A stretch of DNA of 64,000 bases from an uncultured Actinomycetota bacterium (GTDB taxonomy: Bacteria; Actinomycetota; Actinomycetes; S36-B12; GCA-2699445): the NCBI GenBank assembly GCA_963706835.1, contig CAVPOB010000040.1, forward strand, positions 28,197-92,196, given 5' to 3'. Within the stretch, counting starts at the first letter, position 1; each line of letters starts with the position of its first letter. Below the pieces are notes generated by a model. It was not told the origin of the DNA. It saw only the letters and a program-made list of their open reading frames with translations, and ran no database searches. Below, in pieces: positions 32,484 to 41,338 of this stretch. Position numbers and translations under genes: made by a program.

Positions 32484-35400
32484 TCACCCCAGGCACCCGG
32501 CCCCCAGCAGCGCCTTGAGGTCGGCGTACAGAGAAGGGCCGGGCCGCACCCGGAAGCGGTCCTCCAAGCGAAGCACCGTGGTGTGGTTGCCCTTCTGCAG
32601 GTGCAGGTGGACATCGACCGTGCCGGGGTGGTTGTGCAGGATCTCCTTGATGGACTCCACGACCGGCGGCACGCAGCGCGCCACATCCAGCGTGATCCGC
32701 ACCGGGCCCGTGGCCTCGGTCTGCATGTCTGGGAAGGCGATCTCGACAGCTGTGATGCGGGGTGCCTCGTCCTCGCGGCGATCGAACTTGCCCTTCACCA
32801 CCACGATGGCGTCCTCGACGAGCCGGGCGCTGACCGGGGCGTAGGACTTGGGAAAGACCATCACGTCGATCGAGGCGTCGAGGTCCTCCAGCGAGACGAT
32901 CGCCCACGGCTCCCCGGAGGCCTTCGTCATCTTCCGCTGCACGGAGGTGACCAGGCCCGCCACCTTCACCGTCTGCCCAGCCCGATCGCTGTCGAGCAGC
33001 GCAGCCACTCCCAGGTCGCTGTTGGCTCGCAGCACGTGTTCCAGGCCGTTGAGCGGGTGATCGCTGACGTACAGCCCGAGCATTTCCCGCTCCGACGCCA
33101 GCAGTGTCGACTTGTCCCACTCCCCGACCGGAATGTTGACCTGCAGCGAGCCGGTGCTGGCCGGAGCACCATCGCCGAGATCCCCGAACAGGTCGTACTG
33201 CCCCACCGCCTTGGCCCGCTTGGACTCCATCGCGACATCGACCAGTTGCTCGTGGACCTGCAGCAGTCCCTTGCGGGTGTGGCCGAGCGAATCGAAGGCC
33301 CCTGCCTTGATCAGCGACTCCACAGTGCGCTTGTTGCAGACGACGACCTCGACGGCGTCCACGAAATCGGCGAAGTCGGCGAACCTGCCGTGCTCGGCAC
33401 GGGTCCGCAGCAGCGAGTCCACCACGTTGCCCCCGACGTTGCGGATCGCCGAGAGGCCGAAGCGGATGTCGCTGCCACGGGGGGCGAAGTCGGACTCCGA
33501 CTCGTTGACATCCGGCGGGAGGACCTTGATGCCCATCCGGCGGCACTCGTTGAGGTACACGGCGGACTTGTCCTTGTCGTCCTTCACCGAGGTGAGCAGG
33601 GCCGCCATGTACTCGGCCGGATAGTTGGCCTTCAGGTAGGCCGTCCAGTAGGAGACCAGCCCGTAGCCGGCGGTGTGGGCCTTGTTGAAGGCGTAGTCGG
33701 AGAACGGGACCAGCACCTCCCAGAGCTTGGTGATCGCCTCGTCGGAGTAGCCGTTGGCCCGCATGCCGTCGCGGAACGGCACGAACTCCGCGTCGATGAT
33801 CTCCTTCTTCTTCTTGCCCATCGCGCGGCGCAGCAGGTCGGCCTTGCCCAAGGAGTAGCCGGCCAGCTTCTGGGCGATCGCCATCACCTGCTCCTGATAG
33901 ACGATCAGCTGATGGGTGTCGCCGAGGATCTCCTCCAGCGGCTCGGCGAGCTCCGGGTGCAGCGGCACCGTCGGCTTGCGGTTGTTCTTGCGGTCGGCGT
34001 AGTCGTTGTGGGCGTTGGCCCCCATCGGGCCCGGACGGTAGAGGGCGAGTACCGCGGAGATGTCCTCGAAGTTGTCCGGCACCATCGAGCGCAGCAGTTG
34101 GCGCATCGGGCCGCCGTCGAGCTGGAACACGCCGAGGGTGTCACCGCGCGCCAGGAGCTCATAGGTGGGCCGGTCGTCCAGCGGCAACTCTTCCAGGAGC
34201 ACCTCGTTGCCGGTGTTCGCCGCGATATGGCGCAGGCAGTCGTCGAGCACGGTGAGGTTGCGCAGGCCCAGGAAGTCCATCTTCAGCAGGCCGATGGTTT
34301 CGCAGGCGCCCATGTCCCACTGGGTGATGATCGTGCCGTCGTCGCGCCGCCACAGCGGCAGCACGTCCAGCAGCGGCTCTGCGGACAGGATCACACCGGC
34401 GGCGTGCACGCCGACCTGTCGCTTCAAGCCCTCCAGCCCGCGCGCCAGGTCGACGATCTGGTGCACGGTCTCATCGCTGTCGTACAACTCGCGGAACTCG
34501 CCGGCCTCCGCGTACCGCTTGTGGCCCTTGTCGAAGATGCCTGACAGCGGGATGTCCTTGCCCATCACCGCCGGCGGCATCGCCTTGGTGATCCGGTCGG
34601 AGACGCTGAACGGCAGCCCCAGGACCCGGGCGGAGTCCTTGATCGCGGCCTTCGCCTTGATGGTGCCGTACGTGACGATCTGCGCCACCCGGTCGGATCC
34701 GTACTTGTCGGTGGCGTACTTGATCATCTCGCCGCGCCGACGCTCGTCGAAGTCGATGTCGATGTCGGGCATGGACACCCGCTCGGGGTTCAGGAACCGT
34801 TCGAAGAGCAAGCCGTGCGCCAACGGGTCCAACTCGGTGATGCCCAGGGCCCACGCGATGAGCGCCCCGGCTGCCGAACCGCGCCCGGGACCGACCCGAA
34901 TCCCGACGCTCTTGGCGTGGTTGATGAGGTCGGCGACCACCAGGAAGTAGCCGGGGAAGCCCATCTTGGTGATCATCGCCAGTTCGTAGTCCGCCTGGTC
35001 GCGGTGCGCCTGCGGGACCGGGTGCGGGGCGAACCGAGCCGCCAGACCCCGCTCGACCTCCTTGACCAGCCACGATTCCTCGGTCTCGCCGGCCGGCACG
35101 GCAAAGCGCGGCATGAGATCGCGCTTCTCGCCCAGCGTGACGTTGCAGCGCTCGGCGATGAGCAGCGTGTTCTGCAGCGCCTCGGGCATGTGGCCCCACA
35201 CCTGCTCCATCTCGGCAGCCGACTTCACATAGAAGTCCTGGGCGTCGAAGCGGAACCGCTTGGGGTCGTCGATGGTCGTCTTGGTGCCGACGCACAGGAA
35301 GGCGTCGTGGACCTTCGCGTCCTCCGGGCTTGACGTAGTGCAGATCGTTGGTGGCCACGAGCGGGAGGTTCAGCCGCTTGGCGATCTCGAGCAACTGGTC

Positions 35401-36015
35401 GCGGAACTGCTTCTCGATGGCGATGCCGTGATCCATCAGTTCGCAGAAGTAGTTCTCCTTGCCGAGGATGTCCTGCATGTCGGCGGCCGTGGCCAGAGCC
35501 TGGTCGAAGTTGCCGGCCTGCAGCCAGCGGTTCACCTCCCCCGAGGGGCACCCGGTCGTCCCGATCAGGCCGGTGCCGTACCGCTGCATGAGCTCGCGGT
35601 CGAACCGGGGGTGGCGGTAGTAGCCCTCGATGCTGGCCAGGCTGGACAGCCGGTACAGGTTGTGCAGGCCCTCGGTGTTGCTGGCCCACAGCGTCATGTG
35701 GGTGTAGGCGAACTTGCCCTTGCCCTCGCTGACCTCGCCAGCACCCTCGTCGTAACCGCCGCCGAAGTCGAAGGCCCGTTTCTCGGTGCGGCCCTGGGGC
35801 GCGAAGTACCCCTCGATGCCGATGATCGGCTTGACGCCGGCCTTGGCCGCGGTGTTGTAGAACTCGAAGGCACCGTACAGGTTGCCGTGGTCGGTGATCG
35901 CGATCGCGCGCTGCCCGACATCCTTGGTCGCCTCGAACAGGTCCTGCAAGCGCGCAGCACCATCGAGCATCGAGTACTCGGTGTGGACATGGAGATGGAC
36001 GAAATCCCCGCTCAC
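32484..36015 (-). pseudogene. dnaE: DNA polymerase III alpha subunit; single 1-nt insertion as sequenced
   Basis: VSGDFVHLHVHTEYSMLDGA (GTG 36015, GGGAGGGG 5 nt upstream) runs in ORF 34471..36042 to ..ATNDLHYVKP, then continues EDAKVHDAFLCVGTKTT..KSAAEMEQVWG in ORF 32484..35228. The minus strand reads AAGCCCGGAGGACGCG where AAGCCCGAGGACGCG restores the frame (plus about 35320-35330). Confidence 0.95.
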
Positions 36016-36241
36016 GGTTTCCCCTCCCAGGCGTTCGGCCAACGACGTCCGCGCAACGATGGCGCGAGCCGGGCTTGCGGCCCGCCCGCACTGCCGTTGG
36101 GGGAAGCGTGCAACGGACGCGACCCGACAACCCTAACCCCAGCCCTCGGCGCAGATGCGCTGCCCATGCGGGGCGCCGGGGTGTCGTCCGGTCAAACCGC
36201 CGGCCGCGCTGCCAGCCACAGGCTCGCAGCCTCCGGTCCCC

Positions 36242-36590
36242 TCACGCAGGATTCGGCGCTTCCGGGCGGCCAGCGGCAGTAGGACCCCGAGAGTGAGCAG
36301 TGTCGCCGCGGCGAACAGCGAGGTCCTGACCGCGGTCGCCCCGGTCTCCGGCGTTGTGGGCCGTTCCGGCGGTGGGGGCCGGCGGTGGGCGGTTCCGGCG
36401 GCCCCGGCGGCGGTAGTGTGGTGGGCGGGGTGAAGGTGTTCGTGGCTGTGATCGCGGCGACCTCGTCGGCGGTGCCCGCCGGCTCGAACGGCGCACCCGG
36501 CCCTTCCACCACCTTGCTCACCGCGAAGGACTCCGCGGCGTAGGTGCTCGAGACGACTGCGGCGTCTCCCGCCACCGTTGCGCTGCTGGG
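36242..36590 (-). pseudogene. C-terminal remnant of a sortase-anchored surface protein, abutting repeat locus A
   Basis: ..STYAAESFAVSKVVEGPGAPFEPAGTADEVAAITATNTFTPP (ORF 36192..36818), then in another frame PPPPERPTTPETGATAVRTSLFAAATLLTLGVLLPLAARKRR (ORF 36133..36660). A stop at 36242 is reachable after a further shift. No signal peptide or N-terminal domain is left before the repeat. Confidence 0.4.
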
Positions 36591-36955
36591 TTGCACCGCC
36601 GGAGGACGTCGGCAATCGGCGCGGGGGCGGAATCGGGCGGTATGCGGGGCAGGGCTGCACCCGGCGCAGGGGTTTGCACTCGGCGCGGGGGCGGAATCGG
36701 GCGGATCGGGGCGCAGAACCTCCATCCCGGGTGCAGACCCCCGAACCGGGTGCACAGTCGCTCCGCCGGACGTGACCTCAGCCCTCGTATGAGCCCGGCA
36801 GCGCCGTGTACGGCTCACGGTGCCCGTGTCGCTGCAGGAGCGGCGAAGCCATCCACCCCCGTGCAGCGGTGCCCGCGCCTAGCCAGCCCACGCCCAGCCC
36901 AGTAAAGCCGGAGCCGCAGCCCCAGCCGCACGCCCTGGATTGGGATGAGGCCGTT
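36590..36955 (+). repeat. composite intergenic repeat, locus A: 2 direct units (64-bp spacing), 1 inverted core, and a flank homologous to locus B
   Basis: Cores at 36590-36618 (degenerate) and 36655-36683 (CTGCACCCGGCGCAGGGGTTTGCACTCGG), and an inverted core at 36731-36755 (GTGCAGACCCCCGAACCGGGTGCAC). The downstream flank shares GCGAAGCC...CCCTGGATTGGGATGAGG (36933-36950) with 45104-45180. Confidence 0.85.
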
Positions 36956-37019
36956 GGGCTCGATGGTGCGGCGTTGCCCTTCGACACCGGCCGCCGCCGG
37001 CCCGCGAAGCGCAGCGTCG

Positions 37020-37950
37020 CTAGGCCCAGGAAAGGATGCGCGACAGCGCCTCCGCCAGGTCATCGGGGTACTGGCTGCGGAACGTCATCCGCCGGCCCGT
37101 GGACGGGTGGTCGAGCGTGAGCGCGACGGCGTGCAGCCACTGCCGCTGCAGGTCAAGCCTGCCGGCCAGGACCGGGTCGGCGCCGTAGGTCAGATCACCC
37201 ACGCACGGGTGGCGCAGTGCTGCCATATGGACGCGGATCTGATGCGTTCGGCCGGTCTCCAAGTGGATCTCCAGCAGCGAGGCGTACCGATGCGCCTCCA
37301 GGGTCCGGTAGTGGGTCACGCTCGGTCGGCCGTCGGCGGTGACTGCCCACTTGTAGTCGTGCGCGGGATGCCGGCCGATGGGGGCGTCGATGGTGCCGGA
37401 TGTGGGGTCGGGGTGGCCCTGTACCAATGCGTGGTAGACCTTCGTCACCGTCCGCTCGCGGAACTGCCGTTTGAGGTCGGCATACGCCTGTTCGCTCTTG
37501 GCGACCACCATGACGCCGGAAGTGCCGACATCGAGACGGTGCACGACTCCCTGCCGTTCGGCTGCGCCCGAGGTCGCGACGCGGTAGCCGGCGGCAGCCA
37601 GCCCGCCGATGACGGTCGGCCCGGTCCACCCCGGACTGGGATGGGCCGCCACGCCGACCGGCTTCTCGACCACGACCATCTCGGCGTCGTCGTGCAGGAT
37701 ATGCATCCCGGGAACCGGTTCGGGGGCACTGCTGGGTGGTGGGCCGCTCGTCGGCCATCTCGATTTCGAGCAGGGCATCGGAGGGCAGCCGGAAGGATCG
37801 TGCCACCGGCGCCCCCGCGACCCGGACCGATCCGGCATCGACGAGGTCTGCCGCTTTCGTGCGGGAGAGCCCGGTGAGCCGTGCCACGGCAGCGTCGGCC
37901 CGTTCCCCCACCAGTCCGTCCGGGACGGGCAGCATCCGGACCTGCGTCAT
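37020..37950 (-). pseudogene. rluD: RluA-family 23S rRNA pseudouridine synthase (RluD-like); single 1-nt insertion
   Basis: [37 protein letters not shown] (S4 domain; ATG 37950 overlaps the lspA stop), then [47 protein letters not shown] (ORF 37020..37838). There is an extra C in a C5 run (plus 37721-37727). Confidence 0.9.
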
Positions 37951-38480
37951 GGGGCGCCCGATGCCTCGCCGCCGACCGGAACGGCATCGCCCTCCTGCTT
38001 GCCCGCCCGCCCGTAGTCGACACCGAGCAGGGACAGCGCCACGGCGAGCACGGCGCCTGCGACAACTGCCATATCGGCGACGTTGAACACCGGCCAGTTG
38101 GGCACCGCGATGAAGTCCACAACATGCCCCTGACCGATGCCGGGCTCGCGGATCAGGCGGTCGATGAAGTTGCCCAGGCCGCCCCCGAGGACGAGGCCGA
38201 GCGCCACCGCCCACCACATGTTGACCACTCGGCGCATCAGCACCAGGATCGCGACGATCACGACGGCAGAGAAGATGGTGAAGATCCAGGCATTGCCGCG
38301 GCCGAGCGAGAAGGCCGCACCGGAGTTGGTGGCGAAGGACCACTGCAGCCAGTCGCCGAGCACTTCGACCGGAGGCTGGCCCCGCAGGTCGGCAAGGGCC
38401 CAGGCTTTGGTGAGCTGGTCGATCACCACGACCGCCGCCGCAATCCCGAGCAGAGTGATTGCTGCTGAGCGGCGGGCCAT
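37947..38480 (-). CDS. lspA: lipoprotein signal peptidase II
   Basis: Intact 177-aa ORF with 4 TM segments and the motifs NSGAAFS and FNVADMAVV. Confidence 0.92.
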   Translation of the reverse strand: MARRSAAITLLGIAAAVVVIDQLTKAWALADLRGQPPVEVLGDWLQWSFATNSGAAFSLGRGNAWIFTIFSAVVIVAILVLMRRVVNMWWAVALGLVLGGGLGNFIDRLIREPGIGQGHVVDFIAVPNWPVFNVADMAVVAGAVLAVALSLLGVDYGRAGKQEGDAVPVGGEASGAP

Positions 38481-38536
38481 GATCTCAGCGTATGCCGTGG
38501 CGCATCGCTGCCCAACTCGCGCCGGTCAGCAGCCGA

Positions 38537-39397
38537 TCAGCGCCGCTCCTCGCGCTCCTTGCACGACAGGCACAGCGTAGCCCTGGGAAAGGCCATCAGC
38601 CGCAGCTTGCCGATGGGTTTGCCGCAGTTCTCGCACCAGCCGTAGGTACCGCGGACCATGCGCCGACGAGCCCGGTCGACCTGCTCCAGCATCTCCACGC
38701 TGTTCGCGGCCAGAGAGATCTCCTGTTCGCGCTCGAGGGTCCGGCTGCCGGCGTCGGCCTGATCGTCGCCAGAGCCGTCGCCCGCGTCACGCAGCATCTC
38801 CGCCAACTGGTCGTCCGCGTCGGCGATCTCCTCGATCAGGCGCTCCCGCTCGCGTTGCAGTTCGGCCTGCACCTCCGCGATCTCATCATCGGTCCACGGG
38901 TCCTCGCCGGGTCGCACCGGAATCGCGCCGAGTTCGGTGCCGGCAGCGTCGGGCGCAGTCGCGGACGCCGTGGTCTCGACTGGCGACGCGTCGGGGGCCG
39001 TTGCACTGGCGGCATCTGATCCGGTCGGCCCATCGGCGGCCGGTGCAGTGGTCGCACGCTTCTGGGCCGACGGCTTCTTGGCTGTGGGCTCGGTCACTGC
39101 TGTCTTCCTCACGGCCGCCTTCTTCGTCGCGGTCTTCTTCGCAGTTGTCTTCGTGGCCGCCGTCTTCTTCGCGGCGGTCTTCGTCGCCGCGGTCTTCTTC
39201 GCCGCCGTCTTCTTCGCCGCTGTCTTCTTCGCGGCGGTCTTCTTCGCAGTCGTCTTCGTGGCCGCGGTCTTCTTCGCAGCCGTCTTCTTCGCGGCGGTCT
39301 TCTTCGCAGTCGGGGTCTCGGCTGCCGTCTTCTCTGCCGTGGAACCTTCGGTCCGGCCATCGGCTCTCGCTGCCGCCGCCCCGGACTCCGCTGGCAC
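38537..39397 (-). CDS. DdbA-like bifunctional protein: N-terminal Lys/Ala/Thr-rich histone-H1-like repeats fused to a C-terminal DksA/TraR C4 zinc-finger domain
   Basis: 286-aa ORF with about 14 KKTAA-type pentapeptides, then a coiled-coil (EIAEVQAELQRERERLIEEI..LEREQEISLA) and CENCGKPIGKLRLMAFPRATLCLSC (CxxC-x17-CxxC). It sits between lspA and ileS, as SCO2075 does. The true start may be further upstream (ATG 39488 or GTG 39494) if one nt near 39440 is spurious. Confidence 0.85.
   Translation of the reverse strand: MPAESGAAAARADGRTEGSTAEKTAAETPTAKKTAAKKTAAKKTAATKTTAKKTAAKKTAAKKTAAKKTAATKTAAKKTAATKTTAKKTATKKAAVRKTAVTEPTAKKPSAQKRATTAPAADGPTGSDAASATAPDASPVETTASATAPDAAGTELGAIPVRPGEDPWTDDEIAEVQAELQRERERLIEEIADADDQLAEMLRDAGDGSGDDQADAGSRTLEREQEISLAANSVEMLEQVDRARRRMVRGTYGWCENCGKPIGKLRLMAFPRATLCLSCKEREERR
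39100..39315 (-). repeat. coding 15-nt tandem repeat (KKTAA pentapeptide array) inside the DdbA-like gene
   Basis: The plus strand shows GCNGCNGTCTTCTTC iterated about 14 times with small variations. Confidence 0.9.
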
Positions 39398-39887
39398 CTT
39401 CTCCGGTTTCGCGACAGTTGCCTTCTTCGGCGCCGACTTCCTTGGCCGCGGGCTCGCCAGAGGAGCTCGGGTTCACCGCCGAACCCATGGTCACGAAGGG
39501 TTCCTCCGCGGAGGGCGGCTGCGAAGCGGCCGCCGCCACGCGCCGCGCAATCCGATCCGCGCCGGGGTCGGGAGCCAGCCACTCGTCGAATCCGGTGTCC
39601 GCCCTGCCGAGCCCCGGCACTCGGTCGGACAGGGCCCTCGTCGCCGCATCGAATGCGCCGCGCAGTCCACGCCGTGCCATTGCTCTCCCGCCCGCCTCGC
39701 GCCGCAGACGTCCGATGACGACACGGCGAACCTCGCGGCCACCGACCCCCGCCGCGGAACAGCCGCCTTCCGCGAGAACTTAGCCGATCATGCCCACTCG
39801 ACGGCCCATTGCGGGCGGCGCGTCGCGCGCGGGCTAGTGCGGGACGGCTTGTGTGGGGGACAATCGAGGCAACCCGAACGGAGAGCA

Positions 39888-40853
39888 TTGGAAACGCTGC
39901 AGTTCACCCTCCCCGCTGCCGGCTGGTACCGCGACCCCTATGATCCGTCCCGCCTGCGGTGGTGGGACGGCCGGAAATGGACCGCCTATGTTGCGCCGCT
40001 GCCGACGCAGCGGCCGGTCCGGCGGCGCTCCCCCTTCACCCGCGCCGTGGCAACGCTCCTTGTGCTCGGGCTCACCGCGGCGCTCATCTTGTCGCTCTTT
40101 TCGTGGTCCGGCGGGACCTTGGACATCCCTCGGCCCGACTTCGGCGGGGAGCCGCTCGGCCAGTTTCCGCCGCCCGGCAGTGCGCCGCAGCAGCCCCCCG
40201 AGACCTCCGTCCCCGCGACCGACCTGTCCGCTGCCTACGCGGCCTCAGTGACCGTGGAGGCAAGCTGTGGCGCGGGGTGCGTCGGCATCGGCGGCGGCGT
40301 TGCCGTCGGCCCCGACACGGTGCTCACCGCTGCCCACGTGGTCGAGGAGAGCAGGGTGGTCGGCGTGCGCGACGCGGACGGCACTGCCCGCGGCGCGGCT
40401 GTGATCGCCACCGACACCAGCCGGGATCTCGCCCTGCTGCACGTCGATCCGCACGGACTGCCCTATGTCTCGGTCCGCAACGCTGCGGCCGTGATCGGGG
40501 AAGAGGCGCACGTGGTCGGCTCACCGGGCGGCACGCGCCGCATCTCCCATGGCATCGTCACCGATGTCCTCGATCTGGAGCGCGACGGCGTCACGGAAGT
40601 GCAGACCAACGCCGACATCGACCAGGGCAACAGCGGCGGACCGCTGCTGGACGCCAATGGGCAACTGCTGGGCATCGTGGTCGCCGAGCACGAGCGCGAC
40701 GATTCCATCGGCTGGGCGACTTCTGGTGCGGATGTGGCGCAGTTCCTGGCGGCGGCGCCGTCGCCCAGCAGCAGCGCGCCCGCCCCTTCGGCCGATGTGG
40801 AGGGTCAGTATCGCGACCTGTTGGAGGACCTGCTCGGCGGCTGGCTCGACTAG
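39888..40853 (+). CDS. membrane-anchored trypsin-like (S1) serine protease with an N-terminal DUF2510 motif
   Basis: Last about 321 aa of ORF 38937..40853: (TTG 39888, GGAGAG upstream) ETLQFTLPAAGWYRDPYDPSRLRWWDGRKWT, TM RAVATLLVLGLTAALILSLF, and the catalytic triad context LTAAHVV, DLALLHV, DQGNSGGPLLD. The start codon is uncertain (GTG 39837 and TTG 39849 are also in frame). Confidence 0.75.
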   Translation: METLQFTLPAAGWYRDPYDPSRLRWWDGRKWTAYVAPLPTQRPVRRRSPFTRAVATLLVLGLTAALILSLFSWSGGTLDIPRPDFGGEPLGQFPPPGSAPQQPPETSVPATDLSAAYAASVTVEASCGAGCVGIGGGVAVGPDTVLTAAHVVEESRVVGVRDADGTARGAAVIATDTSRDLALLHVDPHGLPYVSVRNAAAVIGEEAHVVGSPGGTRRISHGIVTDVLDLERDGVTEVQTNADIDQGNSGGPLLDANGQLLGIVVAEHERDDSIGWATSGADVAQFLAAAPSPSSSAPAPSADVEGQYRDLLEDLLGGWLD

Positions 40854-41089
40854 CGATCGATCCTCGCCCGCGGCGCTGCTGACTCCACGGGACGCGCCAT
40901 CGTGCGCCGGCCCAGCATGTCGGGGCGGTGGCCGCGACGCCCGGGGACCTTTCCGCGACGCCCGAGATTGCGTCGTATCGACGGCGACCCTCCGAACGGC
41001 CCGTGACTGCGCCGAAGCATCCGATTCGGGGGATCCGCTCCGGTGCCGCTACCCTGGTCTCGCCCGCACGGCGATGACGGGGACGTCAT

Positions 41090-41338
41090 GTTCGAAGCGG
41101 CCGGCAGCAGCGAACCGGGGATGGTGCAAGCCCGGTGCCGGTCCGGACACGGCCATCACCCCACCAGCTGCCGGAAGAACGGTGGGCGCCGAGCCGCAGG
41201 GCCTCGGCGTCGACCCAGTAGAACCGGCCACGGGCAGCCAACGAGAGGCTCGGCGCCGCCGGGCAAGGAGGGTGGGACCGCGGGCCGCACGGCTCGTCCC
41301 TCCAGCACCAGATCAGCAGCTGGCTCGGAGGTTGGCCG
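41090..41338 (+). promoter_or_regulatory. T-box leader RNA of ileS, translational (SD-sequestering) type
   Basis: T-box core AGGGTGGGACCGCG at 41269-41282 (13/14 to AGGGUGGUACCGCG). GGAGGG (41266-41271) can pair with CCCTCC (41298-41303). CCTCC..AGC/GCT..GGAGG can alternatively pair with the SD GGAGG (41327-41331), 7 nt before ATG 41339. Candidate Ile specifier AUC-A lies at 41155-41158, downstream of hairpin ACCGGG/CCCGGT (41114-41136). The 5' boundary is uncertain. Confidence 0.7.

Noticed and set aside
32193-34544. Very long ORFs antisense to real genes. Examples are 32193..34544 (+) opposite dnaE, 41618..44452 (-) opposite ileS, 20157..21953 (+) opposite the kinase, 2808..4343 (+) opposite pyrC, and 22547..24208 (+) opposite trpE.
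   Set aside because: Their translations are Arg/Gly/Ala/Pro-rich low-complexity sequence with no family motifs, whereas the opposite strand encodes intact, highly conserved proteins. This is the typical shadow-ORF effect in high-GC DNA.
38886-39680. A 264-aa acidic repeat ORF (EEDRREEDG..) on the minus strand overlapping the DdbA-like gene.
   Set aside because: It is the alternative reading frame of the KKTAA repeat DNA. The DksA/TraR zinc-finger domain continues only in the Lys-rich frame.
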